Source: Blastocatellia bacterium
GTDB taxonomy: Bacteria > Acidobacteriota > Blastocatellia > UBA7656
Assembly: GCA_963804815.1 (NCBI GenBank)
Contig: CAWDRU010000002.1
Coordinates: forward strand, 7,126,939-7,190,938
DNA: 64,000 bases
Direction of reading: 5' to 3'
Positions 49,579 to 60,382 of the stretch are shown here, piece by piece (within the stretch, counting starts at the first letter, position 1; every line of letters begins with the position of its first letter). The translations under genes were made by a program, and so were the position numbers. The notes beneath the pieces are model-generated. The model had not been told where the DNA came from. It made no database searches and was given only the letters and a program-made list of their open reading frames with translations.

Positions 49579-51228
49579 ATGAAGCGAGTCGCTTTGGCTC
49601 TTGTGTTGTCTTTAATTTCCACTACCGGATTCTCTCAACATCAACATTCGTCTCCTGCCGACGGGAAGCCTGCCTCGTTGATAGAGGGACTGGGCGAACA
49701 CCATCATCCGGTTTCAACCTCTAACGCCGAAGCGCAGCGGTTCTTCGATCAGGGGCTTACGCTCGTCTACGCATTCAATCACGATGAAGCCATTCGCTCG
49801 TTCAAGCGCGCGGCAGAGCTTGACCCTGACCTTGCGATGGCTTATTGGGGCGTTGCGCTTGCGCTTGGCCCCAACATCAATCTCGACATGGATGCCGAGC
49901 GAGGCAAGCTTGCCTATGAAGCTGTTCAGAAGGCTGTTGCGCTCGCCGCAAAAGCGCCTGAGCAGGAGCGCGCCTACATCGAAGCGCTTCGGACCAGATA
50001 TTCAAACGACCCGAAAGCCGACAGGAAAAAGCTCGATTTAGCCTACAAGAACGCGATGGGCGAGATGGCGCGGCGCTACCCGGATGATCTGGATGCGGCG
50101 ACGCTCTACGCCGAAAGCGCGATGGATTTGCGGCCCTGGCAATTCTGGAGCGCGGCAGGCCAGCCAGCCGAAGGCACCGAAGAGATAGTCGCTGTGCTTG
50201 AATCGGTTCTCAAGCGCGACCCCGATCACATAGGCGCGAATCACTACTATATTCATGCGGTCGAAGCATCGCGTCACCCTGAATGGGCGCTGCCCAGCGC
50301 GCAGCGCCTCAAGGTGCTGACCCCTGCGGCAGGTCATCTGGTTCATATGCCTGCGCACATTGATATGCGAACGGGCAACTATGAAGCCGCAGCGCGGGCA
50401 AACGCCTACGCGGCTGAAGCTGACCGCGAACATATCAGGAACAACGGCGGGCAGGGCGTCTACCCGATGATGTACTACACGCACAACCTGCACTTCTTAT
50501 CCATAGCTCACAGTATGCAGGGAAATTTCCGCGATGCGAAGCGGGCGGCTGATCAGCTTGAGACTCATCTCAATCCGTATCTCACCAGCATGCCTGATAT
50601 GATAGGAATGCTCGATGGATTTCTGTCTCTTCCTGCTTTGACGCTGGTTCGCTTCCGCAGATGGGATGATGTTTTGAAGACTGCTGCCGCTGATAAGAGG
50701 CTGGCAGCGACGAATGCGCTGTGGCACTTCGCTCGCGGGATGGCTTACGCGAGCACTGGAAAGATTGACAGCGCCGAAGACGAGCGAAACATTTTAGTGA
50801 CCGCCGCAAAAAACATTCCGGCAGATGCCCGGTACGGCATTAACACCGTGAGCAACGTATTGAAGATTGCCGAGAATGTTTTGAGCGCAAAGATTGCTCT
50901 TGCGAAAAACGATAAGAGTTCAGCCATCGAGCTTCTGAAGAAAGCCGTGGAAGTGGAAGACGCTTTGAGTTATACAGAGCCAGCCGATTGGAATATGCCT
51001 GTCAGGGAAACGCTCGGCAGCGTGCTCGTTTTGAACGGAAATCCTCAGGAAGCGGAAAGAGTATTTCGAGCAGATCTGGAAAAGAATCCGCGAAACGGGC
51101 GCTCGCTTTTCGGGCTGAATGAAAGCCTGAAAGCGCAGGGGAAAAAATCCGCCGCTCAGTTCGTTCAAAGAGAGTTTCAGGCGGCCTGGAAGAATGCCGA
51201 CACTCAGCTTCGCATAGAAGACCTTTGA
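49579..51228 (+). CDS. Exported TPR-like repeat protein of unknown function.
   Basis: 549 aa with a signal peptide and helical repeats with A/Y/L periodicity. Confidence 0.45.
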   Translation: MKRVALALVLSLISTTGFSQHQHSSPADGKPASLIEGLGEHHHPVSTSNAEAQRFFDQGLTLVYAFNHDEAIRSFKRAAELDPDLAMAYWGVALALGPNINLDMDAERGKLAYEAVQKAVALAAKAPEQERAYIEALRTRYSNDPKADRKKLDLAYKNAMGEMARRYPDDLDAATLYAESAMDLRPWQFWSAAGQPAEGTEEIVAVLESVLKRDPDHIGANHYYIHAVEASRHPEWALPSAQRLKVLTPAAGHLVHMPAHIDMRTGNYEAAARANAYAAEADREHIRNNGGQGVYPMMYYTHNLHFLSIAHSMQGNFRDAKRAADQLETHLNPYLTSMPDMIGMLDGFLSLPALTLVRFRRWDDVLKTAAADKRLAATNALWHFARGMAYASTGKIDSAEDERNILVTAAKNIPADARYGINTVSNVLKIAENVLSAKIALAKNDKSSAIELLKKAVEVEDALSYTEPADWNMPVRETLGSVLVLNGNPQEAERVFRADLEKNPRNGRSLFGLNESLKAQGKKSAAQFVQREFQAAWKNADTQLRIEDL

Positions 51229-51429
51229 AAATCTGACTTCAACGTTCAGCGTAATTGAAGCTACGCGCGCGTAGCTAAAGAAAGTGATTCACCGTAGAGT
51301 CGCCGCAGGACACAGACGGGGCGCAGAGGTTGATAATTTCTCTGCACAATCTCTGCGTCCTGCGGCGACTCTGCCGTGAACGGGTTTTATACTCATACGG
51401 GCTAAAGGTTATGGGGCACTAAACCGATT

Positions 51430-53526
51430 ATGAAACGAACAGGTTTAATCATCCCGGCATGCGCGATTTTATTTCTCTTTCTACCGGTACGCACAAGCGG
51501 TCAGGAATTGAAACTCATCCCTGAGCCAAAGCAGGTGCAAAAACAAAATGGCGTGTTCAACATCAACTCGAAGACGCGCATAGTCATCAACGCTGCGCAC
51601 GCGGAAGAAGACCGCACAGCCGCCAACACCATTGCCGAAGAGATCGAGTCTGCGACCGGACAGAAAATCAAAATCACTATCGCGCGCTCTGCACCTGAAT
51701 CAAACGCCATATATCTTGCCCGCGCAGATGACGACCGCAGGCTTGCATCCTTGCTTGAAGCCGCAAGCCTCAGCCTTGATGACAAGCTCGGTGAAGAAGG
51801 TTATGCGCTCTACGCAACGGGCGAGCGCGTCATCTGCGCGGCGCGAACCGCTCAGGGGCTTTTCTACGGCGCGCAGACGCTCAGGCAATTGATTGATCGA
51901 GGCGAGCACGCGCGGGCCACCTGCCCTGCGGTTGCGATAAAAGACTGGCCGACTATGCGCTGGCGCGGCGTGCACGACGACATCAGTCGCGGCCCTGTCC
52001 CGACGCTCGATTACATGAAGAGACAGATTCGCACCTGCGCGGCCTTCAAGCTGAACATGTTTTCGCTCTATATCGAACACACCTTCGATTATCAAAAGCA
52101 CCCGCTCATTGCGCCGAAAGAGGGCGCGCTGACTGCCGACGAGATCAGACAACTCGTCGAATACGGCAGGCGTTACTATGTGACGATAGTTCCAGAGCAG
52201 CAGGCGTTCGGGCATCTCCATCACGTGCTGAAAAACGAATTTTATAACGAGATAGCCGAAACTCCGCACGGCCACGTGCTTGCGCCGGTCAATCCGAAAT
52301 CCTACGATTTTATCAGAGATATTTACGCGGAGATCGTGCCTCTGTTTCCCGGCCCGCTCTTTCACATAGGCGCGGACGAGACATTCGAGCTTGGCCGAGG
52401 GCAAACGAAAGAGCGAGTCGATGAAGTCGGAATTGGTCCGATCTATATCCAACACATCAAGCGCATAGCCGAGATAGTGAAGCCTTACAACAAGCGGCTG
52501 ATGTTCTGGGGCGATATAGCCATTAAATACCCGGAACTGCTTGCCGTCATGCCGAAAGACGTTATCGCCGTGGCATGGAATTACAATGCAGGCGCGCAGT
52601 TCGACGACCTGTTGAAGCCTTACAAAGATGCGGGGATCGATATATTTGTTTCGCCCGGCGCAAACAACTGGAATCGCATCTTTCCGAACTTCGACACGGC
52701 GTTCATCAACATCAAGAACTTTGTCCGCGATGGCCAGAAGTATGGCGCGCTCGGAATGCTGAACACAACCTGGGACGATGACGGCGAGGCGCTGTTTGCT
52801 ATGACGTGGCCTGCGATTGTTTTCGGAGCCGCGTGCTCGTGGCAGGAAGGCGAAGCGGCCATCGAGAGCTTCAAATCGAAATATGACTGGGCGTTTTATC
52901 GCAACACGGACAACACGTTTCGTGATGCGATACAAAGCCTGACGCGCGCACACTCGCTGCTTCGCACGGCGGGGGCCGGGGAGGCGAATAATGAAGCTTT
53001 CTGGACCAGCCCTTTTTCAGAAGTCGGCGCAATCTACAATCAGAAAGCGATTGTTGCGGCGAAGGATGTCAGGCTTGAAGCGGAGCGCGCGCTTGCTTCG
53101 CTTTATCGCAATCACTCGAAAGCGAGAGAGAATCGCGACACGGTCGATTATCTGATTTTTGCGGCCTTGCGACTGGACCTGCTTGGAATGAAGATTCAGT
53201 TTGCAAGCGAGATGAGCAGGTACTACTGGGAAGCATATCTGAATATGAGCAATCGCAGTCTGGTCTCGCGCAACCTGAACGAGATAGCGGGCGTCAACGC
53301 GCGGCTTCAGGATTTGCGCGACGCGACGACCAGACTGCGCGGGATGTATTCTGATTTGTGGCTAAGGGAAAATCGCCCCTACTGGCTAGGCAATGTGGTT
53401 GTGCGATATGACAATCTGGCGAGCATGTTTCAATCGAAGATTCAATCTGTGCAGGAGGCGAAAGCTCAGTATCGCGAGCAATCAACTTTGCCGACGCCAC
53501 AGCAGATGGGATTTTTTATACGATGA
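51430..53526 (+). CDS. Glycoside hydrolase family 20 beta-N-acetylhexosaminidase.
   Basis: Signal peptide, then the GH20 catalytic block ...MRWRGVHDDISRGPVPTLDYMKRQIRTCAAFKLNMFSLYIEHTF... and the HIGADET(E) catalytic motif. Confidence 0.8.
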   Translation: MKRTGLIIPACAILFLFLPVRTSGQELKLIPEPKQVQKQNGVFNINSKTRIVINAAHAEEDRTAANTIAEEIESATGQKIKITIARSAPESNAIYLARADDDRRLASLLEAASLSLDDKLGEEGYALYATGERVICAARTAQGLFYGAQTLRQLIDRGEHARATCPAVAIKDWPTMRWRGVHDDISRGPVPTLDYMKRQIRTCAAFKLNMFSLYIEHTFDYQKHPLIAPKEGALTADEIRQLVEYGRRYYVTIVPEQQAFGHLHHVLKNEFYNEIAETPHGHVLAPVNPKSYDFIRDIYAEIVPLFPGPLFHIGADETFELGRGQTKERVDEVGIGPIYIQHIKRIAEIVKPYNKRLMFWGDIAIKYPELLAVMPKDVIAVAWNYNAGAQFDDLLKPYKDAGIDIFVSPGANNWNRIFPNFDTAFINIKNFVRDGQKYGALGMLNTTWDDDGEALFAMTWPAIVFGAACSWQEGEAAIESFKSKYDWAFYRNTDNTFRDAIQSLTRAHSLLRTAGAGEANNEAFWTSPFSEVGAIYNQKAIVAAKDVRLEAERALASLYRNHSKARENRDTVDYLIFAALRLDLLGMKIQFASEMSRYYWEAYLNMSNRSLVSRNLNEIAGVNARLQDLRDATTRLRGMYSDLWLRENRPYWLGNVVVRYDNLASMFQSKIQSVQEAKAQYREQSTLPTPQQMGFFIR

Positions 53527-53537
53527 GATAGCCGGGT

Positions 53538-53972
53538 TCAGCTCGCTCTGGCTCTGAGCGAATTCGTTGACCGGGCATTGTGATGTTTCGCCTCAGACAG
53601 CGCCTGACATTTCAGCGCGCTTTCGACCAGGGCAAAAAGTTTCTCTGGCTCAATCGGCTTTTCAATGTAGTAAAGCGAGCCTTGCCGCAGCGCTTCGATC
53701 TGATACCGGATGTCTGTCATGCCTGATACGACGATGACGACCGTGTTCGGACACAGCTTATGAACGAAGCGGCAAAGCTCAAGCCCCGAAGCTCCCGGCA
53801 TGTGTATGTCTGTAACCACAAGCTTGAACGATCTTGCCGCGAGCAGTCGCATGGCTTCTTCAGCGTTTGCGGCAGCAATACAGGAGTAGGCGAGTCCGAG
53901 CAGCGCTATCATGCCGTTGCGCGTCGGTTCGTCGTCGTCAACGATGAGCATCGATACGTCTTTATCATTCAT
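53538..53972 (-). CDS. Single-domain response regulator (REC only).
   Basis: MNDKDVSMLIVDDDEPTRNGM...VVTDIHMPGASGLEL...VIVVSGMTD. GAGGTGA precedes the ATG. The ORF extends to 54008. Confidence 0.7.
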   Translation of the reverse strand: MNDKDVSMLIVDDDEPTRNGMIALLGLAYSCIAAANAEEAMRLLAARSFKLVVTDIHMPGASGLELCRFVHKLCPNTVVIVVSGMTDIRYQIEALRQGSLYYIEKPIEPEKLFALVESALKCQALSEAKHHNARSTNSLRARAS

Positions 53973-54218
53973 AATCACCTCTGAACAGCACTGAAACATT
54001 CTTTGCAAGCCCTGAGCCAGTTTGATTTGGTACTCAATTCGGGCAGGCAGACTGGAATTTCATCAAATTCGTCTTCGTTCAGTGCGGTTTTGACGATATA
54101 CCATTTAATTCCTGTGTAAAAAATTCACAGGCTGAGCGGTAAGAAAAGCCTGCTTGTCAGGCGCAGCGGCAATGCTACAATGCAGGCGAACCCGCATCGC
54201 AGCAAGGGAGCTTGAATT

Positions 54219-55193
54219 ATGAATACGGTAACCTTTAAAGATGTATTGTCGGCTAAAAGACGCATACGGCCTTACCTTCGGCCCACGCCCCTGCACAGCT
54301 ACCCGGCGATTAACCAGTTGATAGGAACAGAGGTATTCATCAAGCACGAAAACTATCAACCCGTTGGAGCTTTCAAAGTGCGAGGAGGCGTGAACCTCAT
54401 CTCTCAACTTAGCGCGGAAGAAAAAGAGCGCGGAGTCATTGCAGCCTCGACAGGCAATCACGGTCAGTCGGTCGCTTATGCCGCGCGACTGTTCGGCGTG
54501 CGAGCGCGAATCGTTGTGCCCGAAGCCGCCAATCCCGGCAAGGTCGCCGCGATGCAGGGCTTCGGAGCCGAAGTCATATTCCACGGCGAGAAGTTCGATG
54601 AAGCGCGGGTTCATTGCGAATCGCTCGCGCGTGAAGAAGGACTGCGTTACATCCATTCAGGCGACGAGCCATTATTGATCGCAGGCGTCGCAACCGAAGC
54701 CCTTGAGATGCTGGAAGACGAGCCTGAGCTTTCCGCCATCTTCGTTCCGGTTGGCGGCGGAAGCGGGGCCGCGGGCGTATCGATAGCCGCGACAGCAATC
54801 AACCCTTCGATACGTGTCATAGGCGTGCAGGCTGAAAACTCGCCAGCCGCATATGAATCGTGGCGGCAAAAGCGATTGGTCGAAGCAATGAATCGTACTT
54901 TTGCCGAAGGGCTTGCAACAGGCTCTGCATTTTCGCTGCCCCAATCAATACTATGGGAACATCTCAAGGAGTTCGCGCTGGTTGCGGAAGACGAAATAAT
55001 GCGGGCGATGGTCTGGATGATCGAGTACGCGCACACTTTGGTTGAAGGCGCGGGGGCCGCGCCGCTTGCCGCGCTCTACAATATGCGCGAACAGTTTCGA
55101 GGACAGAAAGTCGGCCTTGTATGTTCAGGCGGCAACACCTCGCTCGAACATTTAAGAGAGGCTTTAGGCCGTGCGCGATCCGAAAATTCATAA
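54219..55193 (+). CDS. PLP-dependent threonine/serine dehydratase family enzyme, second paralog.
   Basis: ...IKHENYQPVGAFKVRGG... is the PLP-Lys motif; ...ASTGNHGQSVAYAA... and ...VPVGGGSGAAGVS... Confidence 0.75.
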   Translation: MNTVTFKDVLSAKRRIRPYLRPTPLHSYPAINQLIGTEVFIKHENYQPVGAFKVRGGVNLISQLSAEEKERGVIAASTGNHGQSVAYAARLFGVRARIVVPEAANPGKVAAMQGFGAEVIFHGEKFDEARVHCESLAREEGLRYIHSGDEPLLIAGVATEALEMLEDEPELSAIFVPVGGGSGAAGVSIAATAINPSIRVIGVQAENSPAAYESWRQKRLVEAMNRTFAEGLATGSAFSLPQSILWEHLKEFALVAEDEIMRAMVWMIEYAHTLVEGAGAAPLAALYNMREQFRGQKVGLVCSGGNTSLEHLREALGRARSENS

Positions 55194-55669
55194 AGACTTC
55201 GATAATCACATCCGAGCTACAAATATTGCATTATGTCGCGCGCGAATTTCGTCTGTTCATGTTGGGCGACCAGCAGACATTGAATTCGGGCGTGATGTTG
55301 CTGATTGACAGGCCCTTTGTTAAAGTTCAGCGCCTCACCCGCTCTACAGACCAGTCGAACGCACAAACTCAAAGGAGCGAAGAGATGATCGTCATAAGTT
55401 CGAGAAAGAATTTCTGGGAGCCAATCGCCTTTTCAACCAGAGAAGTTATCAGAAATATTGATCTCAACAACGCGGCGGACCCGGGCGCTGAAATGAGCGA
55501 CGCGGATTTTAAGATTGCCATCACGGGAAAGAAATTACTTCTTCTGATTCATGGATATAACAATAAAGAGAGCGCCATTTTGCCGCTATAGCCAGTTACA
55601 AGCTCTGAGAATGGCCTCTCAAACGAGGCTCCGATTTATTAACCGGATCGCGCTGAAAGGATAATCACA

Positions 55670-57400
55670 ATGGCTGATTCAATCTTCTCCAGAACATTTG
55701 GCCGCCTGACCAATCTTGTAACCGGGAGCACTCCCTGGTACAAGCTGCCGACCTTACTTGGAATTCCAAAACTGTTTCGGATACGCGAAAAGATGCGAAA
55801 AGAGAATCTCCGCGACACGGGGAAGATAGCGTCCATACCGACTCCCACGCTCGGCAAACCCGACGAGCGCCAGCGTATGTCGCGCACGGTGGACGGGACC
55901 TACAACGATCTGAAAGACCCGAAGATGGGGTGCAGCGGCGCGCGTTTCGGTCGTAACGTGCCGCTCGATCATATCACCCCCGAAGAAGGGCCTGCGCTCC
56001 TTACCCCAAGCCCGCGAACCGTAAGCGTAGAGTTGATGACTCGCAATCAGTTTCAGCCCGCCACGATACTGAACCTGCTGGCCGCCGCGTGGATTCAGTT
56101 CATGCTTCACGACTGGCTCAGCCACGGAAACAACGAGAAAGAAAACCCCATCATAGTGCCTCTCAGAGAGGGCGATGACTGGCCTGAGCCGCCTATGGCA
56201 GTTCGGCGCACCCGACGCGACCCGACGCGCCCGCCCGGCGATACCGACAAGCGCTCGACCTTCACTAACACTGAAACGCACTGGTGGGACGGGTCGCAGC
56301 TTTACGGCAGCGATCAGGCGACGCTCAACCGTGTGCGGTCAGGAGAAAACGGCAAGCTGCGCATAGGCGTTGACGGGTTGTTGCCACTTGATCCGCACAC
56401 GGGGATTGAAATATCGGGCGTAACGGGCAACTGGTGGATCGGGCTGAGCCTGCTGCATACGCTGTTTACGCTCGAACATAACGCCATATGTGATCGCCTG
56501 CGCGCCGAGCACAAAACGTGGTCTGATGAAGAGCTTTTCAACCATGCCCGGCTGGTGAATGCCGCGCTGATGGCAAAGATTCACACGATTGAATGGACGC
56601 CTGCGATAGTCCCTCATCCGACGGCCAAGCTCGCGCTCAACGGCAACTGGACGACGATACGAAGATCGGATCAGGATCACACGGGCGCTCCATACTGTCT
56701 AACCGAAGAGTTCGTCGCCGTCTATCGCATGCATCCGTTGATGCCTGATGACTATGTTTTTCGCTCGCACTCGACCGGCAATGTGCTTCAGGAGCGAACA
56801 CTGTCGAAAGTCGTCGGCAACCAGTCGCGAGAGATAATGAAAGAGGTGACACTGACGGATCTTTTCTACTCGTTCGGCGTCTCGCATCCGGGTGCAATCA
56901 GGCTGCATAACTATCCGCGATTTTTCCAGCGCCTCGAACGCAGCGACGGCCCGCTTATAGACCTTGCCGCCGTAGACGTGCTCAGAGACCGCGAGCGCGG
57001 TGTGCCTCGTTATAACGAGTTCCTCAAGCTGATTGATAAGCCGCCGGTAGAAAAGTTTGAAGACCTGACTTCTAACAAAGAATGGGCCGAAGAGATCAAA
57101 CGGGTTTACGGCAATGACATAAATCGAGTTGACCTGATGACGGGCCTGTATGCAGAAGACCTGCCCGAAGGATTCGGTTTCTCAGAGACCGCGTTTCGCA
57201 TATTCGTTTTGATGGCCACCCGGCGATTGCAAAGCGACCGCTTCTTTACCACCGATTACACCGAAAAGGTTTACACGAAGACGGGCCTCGACTGGATAGA
57301 GAACAACAACCTGCGAACTATTCTACAGAGACATTACCCGGACCTCGGCCAGTTTGTGAGCCGCGTCGATAACGCCTTCGCGCCGTGGCCGAAAAAATAA
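55670..57400 (+). CDS. Animal-haem-peroxidase (peroxidase/cyclooxygenase superfamily) protein.
   Basis: 576 aa. ...NLLAAAWIQFMLHDW... (distal His region), ...HTLFTLEHNAICDRL... and ...RGVPRYNEFL... match An_peroxidase domain blocks. Confidence 0.65.
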   Translation: MADSIFSRTFGRLTNLVTGSTPWYKLPTLLGIPKLFRIREKMRKENLRDTGKIASIPTPTLGKPDERQRMSRTVDGTYNDLKDPKMGCSGARFGRNVPLDHITPEEGPALLTPSPRTVSVELMTRNQFQPATILNLLAAAWIQFMLHDWLSHGNNEKENPIIVPLREGDDWPEPPMAVRRTRRDPTRPPGDTDKRSTFTNTETHWWDGSQLYGSDQATLNRVRSGENGKLRIGVDGLLPLDPHTGIEISGVTGNWWIGLSLLHTLFTLEHNAICDRLRAEHKTWSDEELFNHARLVNAALMAKIHTIEWTPAIVPHPTAKLALNGNWTTIRRSDQDHTGAPYCLTEEFVAVYRMHPLMPDDYVFRSHSTGNVLQERTLSKVVGNQSREIMKEVTLTDLFYSFGVSHPGAIRLHNYPRFFQRLERSDGPLIDLAAVDVLRDRERGVPRYNEFLKLIDKPPVEKFEDLTSNKEWAEEIKRVYGNDINRVDLMTGLYAEDLPEGFGFSETAFRIFVLMATRRLQSDRFFTTDYTEKVYTKTGLDWIENNNLRTILQRHYPDLGQFVSRVDNAFAPWPKK

Positions 57401-57482
57401 CTGTGAGCAGATCAAAGCAGTCGAACAGCAGATCGCACAGCATAGTAAACAGGTATATCAGACTTAAAAAAGGAGCCATCTC

Positions 57483-57989
57483 ATGCCGAACGAAATCACC
57501 ATCAAGTACGGAACCAACGCCAATGCCAAAGATGTAACAGAATTCTCGCTTGCAGTGCTTAAAGACATTCTGCGAACTGCGGGGCTTGGAAGCGCGCTCA
57601 TTTCAAGCACGGCGCGCTCGCCCGCTCAACAGGCTCGCGTTATGTACAACAACATCGTGGCTCAGGGAGTTGCGGCGCAAAAGAAATTGTATGCCGCGGC
57701 TGGCGATGCGGTGATCGATGTTTATGTGAAATCAAAGGCTGCCAAAAAATCGCCCAATCAGATAAAGGCGGATATGGAAGCGAAGATAATAGAGATAGGC
57801 CCGGGCCGCGTTTCTCATCACGCCGCAGACCCGAAAGTGCTGAACGTGTTCGATGTGGCTCCGTCATCAATCGGCGACAAGAAGGCGTTTGAACTCGCAG
57901 TATCGAAAGAGAAGCGCGTATCGAAATTCCTGCTTCCGCCGAATGATCCGGGCTATCATCTGGAGATACCTCAACCCCCTGCCGGATAG
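57483..57989 (+). CDS. Hypothetical protein with a weak LAS/M15 peptidase-like SxHxxxxD motif.
   Basis: 168 aa. ...GPGRVSHHAADPKVLNVFDV... A GGAG lies upstream of the start. Confidence 0.35.
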   Translation: MPNEITIKYGTNANAKDVTEFSLAVLKDILRTAGLGSALISSTARSPAQQARVMYNNIVAQGVAAQKKLYAAAGDAVIDVYVKSKAAKKSPNQIKADMEAKIIEIGPGRVSHHAADPKVLNVFDVAPSSIGDKKAFELAVSKEKRVSKFLLPPNDPGYHLEIPQPPAG

Positions 57990-58017
57990 GCAGAGCGTCG
58001 AGAGGGCAAATCCGCCT

Positions 58018-59331
58018 TTACGCAAATGGCGGCGGGTCGAAGACAGACATAATTTGCGCGACCATCTCTTCTCTGGACTTGAAGCGCGATTCTTCGTAGC
58101 AGCCAAGCGGATTTTCGACTACGTTCACGAGGCACTTGTTGCAGTAAGTGCAAGGCTTCTCGGCGCGGTCAAGCCCTCGTGCGAAAATCTTCACCAGATC
58201 ATTGTTTGCCACAAGCGGGCGCGCGATTGAGACCGCGTCACACGAGTCGTCCGTAATCGCCTTTCTGATGACAGAGGCAGTTTGAAAGCCTCCTGTACAG
58301 ATTACAGGGATGCTGACGGCTTGCTTGATGGCGCGCGAGTCAGGCAGGTTGATGCCTTCTATCTGATCGCCTGTTGCCTTGTCCCATCTCTGCTGGAAGA
58401 ACTTATTCGCAGGCCATGTACGAAACAGCATGTAATTTCTGAACGTGTGCGTTCCGCTTGACAGCATTGTGTCATAGCTTTTGATAAGTTCATCGAGCGG
58501 GAACGGCCCAGCGGGGTTGCGCGGGTGAGGAAAAGAACTGCCCGACGAAACGTGTATCGCGTCCACGCCATCCGCTTCGAGCCACTTGCAGACTTTTATC
58601 GAATCATCAATTGTATTGCCCTTTTCTTCAAACGGAAGCATGGCATTGTTATATTCGGTTGCGCTGATCTTCATCTGCAGGTGAAAATCCGGCCCTACTT
58701 TCGCGCGAATCGCTCGAACGATTTCGCGGACAAATCGCGCGCGGTTCTCAAGCGAGCCGCCGTATTCATCCTTTCGATCATTGATTGCCGAACTGAGGAA
58801 TTGAGTTATCAGATAGCCGTTTGCGCCGTGAAGCTCGACCCCGTCAAGACCGGCTTCGCGGGCGCGCCGCGCGCCTTCGGCGAACGCACTTACGGTCTCC
58901 TGAATCTGCGCGACCGTCATGCGCTCGCATTCAAACCCGTGCATCGGTTCCGATTTATCCGTAGAGCTTAATCCTTTTGCGTACTCTATCCCTTGAATGT
59001 CGCGCTGTCGCCCGCCATGACTGAGCTGGAGTATGAATTTGCAATCGTGTTCGTGTACGCGCCTGCCCAGTTCTTTCCAGAACGGAATTCTTTTATCGCT
59101 GTCAATCGTCGCGTAGTTGGGAACGATGCGCCCGCGCATCTGAACCGGCACAAACGAAGAGATGATGGCCCCGACGCCGCCGCGCGCAAACTTCAACTCC
59201 CAGTTGATTCGCGCCTGGTTGCCTGAGCCGTCGTAATTATCAAACCGCCCAGAGATGTTCGAGCGGAAGAATCGGTTTTTAACCATGAGATTCTTGAATT
59301 TCAACGGCTGGAAAATAATGTCTGCGCTCAT
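58018..59331 (-). CDS. Old-yellow-enzyme-family NADH:flavin oxidoreductase with a C-terminal Cys cluster (2,4-dienoyl-CoA-reductase-like).
   Basis: The N-terminus ...FKNLMVKNRFFRSNISGRFDNYDGSG...FILQLSHGGRQ is an Oxidored_FMN TIM barrel. The C-terminus carries CTYCNKCLVNVVENPLGCYEE. Confidence 0.75.
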   Translation of the reverse strand: MSADIIFQPLKFKNLMVKNRFFRSNISGRFDNYDGSGNQARINWELKFARGGVGAIISSFVPVQMRGRIVPNYATIDSDKRIPFWKELGRRVHEHDCKFILQLSHGGRQRDIQGIEYAKGLSSTDKSEPMHGFECERMTVAQIQETVSAFAEGARRAREAGLDGVELHGANGYLITQFLSSAINDRKDEYGGSLENRARFVREIVRAIRAKVGPDFHLQMKISATEYNNAMLPFEEKGNTIDDSIKVCKWLEADGVDAIHVSSGSSFPHPRNPAGPFPLDELIKSYDTMLSSGTHTFRNYMLFRTWPANKFFQQRWDKATGDQIEGINLPDSRAIKQAVSIPVICTGGFQTASVIRKAITDDSCDAVSIARPLVANNDLVKIFARGLDRAEKPCTYCNKCLVNVVENPLGCYEESRFKSREEMVAQIMSVFDPPPFA

Positions 59332-59489
59332 AATGACTACCTCTCACTATTTATAGACGGGAAATCTGCTTTATGTAATGCACAAATCTCGGATCATTCA
59401 TCGCGCTACACGATAAGAAAGCGCATCATTGTTCGAGCCAAATCCGTCTATTGAGATGAGAGAGAAAACAGCATGAAGGAGATCGGCTT

Positions 59490-60371
59490 ATGAGCGCAAA
59501 TAACAAAGAGGGGAAACTGAGATTGAGTCTGGTCGATGTTTTAGGCAACAACATCGGAGGCAGGGTGAGCGTGCGGCTGCGCCATCAGGTTCTTAGCGAT
59601 TCGCAAGTGCTGAACGACCTCGATGCGTCGAAGAGGATTATTATCTCTAACCTCTTTGGCATTCCGCAGGGGCTTTATCGAATCGAAATTGACCCGTCGG
59701 TTTATCTGCCCACGAGCCGCTTCGTCACGATCAAAGCCAGCGGCTTCACGGATCTGAAGATTACCTGCGCCATCGATCCCGGAAAGGTCAAGCGCATCAC
59801 ACCGCCGGAATTTGCCGATCTGCCTGCCGATACGCGCAGGCTGTTAGAGAACAGCGATGGCGTGTTGTCATTTGAAGGCAGGAAAGGCAAAGAACTCTAC
59901 GATGCGCTGAGTGACGTTCATAAAGCAAACGTGTTGAACCTGACCGCGAAATGCGCCGCGACCCCCTTGAGTAACGGGAAGACCGTATTGCCTTTCATCG
60001 AAAAGATAATCGAGATTCGAGGCGACCGTTTCTTTGTAGTCGCGCCGATAGAGTTGCGAAAAGAGACTAAAAACAGCGAGATCGTCGGACTCTTTAAATC
60101 TGCGCCCGACAAGCTTCACACTCCGCCGCAGGGATTCGCGCGCGCCGGGAGCGTCAAGACTCTGGACATGTATGGGAACCTGCAACTGACATATTTCCTG
60201 AACGGCAATGACTGCCTTGTAGACATAGACATTGACCCTGCGGCTGGACTTGAACACCTGTTTCAGGTGCTTGAGCACAAGCTTACGGGCAACCAAACAC
60301 ACCCTTATGCTGTGCGTGATATTTTGGTCGAGCAACAACAAATCGACCCGGAATACCGTTTTGTGGTTTAA
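59490..60371 (+). CDS. Hypothetical protein.
   Basis: 293-aa ORF with a plausible start. No recognisable domain. Confidence 0.4.
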   Translation: MSANNKEGKLRLSLVDVLGNNIGGRVSVRLRHQVLSDSQVLNDLDASKRIIISNLFGIPQGLYRIEIDPSVYLPTSRFVTIKASGFTDLKITCAIDPGKVKRITPPEFADLPADTRRLLENSDGVLSFEGRKGKELYDALSDVHKANVLNLTAKCAATPLSNGKTVLPFIEKIIEIRGDRFFVVAPIELRKETKNSEIVGLFKSAPDKLHTPPQGFARAGSVKTLDMYGNLQLTYFLNGNDCLVDIDIDPAAGLEHLFQVLEHKLTGNQTHPYAVRDILVEQQQIDPEYRFVV

Positions 60372-60382
60372 TAAACCGCGAA

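Noticed and set aside
51700-52953. 417-aa minus-strand ORF.
   Set aside because: Antisense to the GH20 hexosaminidase gene.
55121-55591. 156-aa ORF with a ...KKLLLLIHGYNN... segment (weak alpha/beta-hydrolase N-terminal resemblance).
   Set aside because: It overlaps the 3' end of the dehydratase gene. There is no in-frame start without overlap and the similarity is weak. Possibly a gene remnant, but it cannot be supported.
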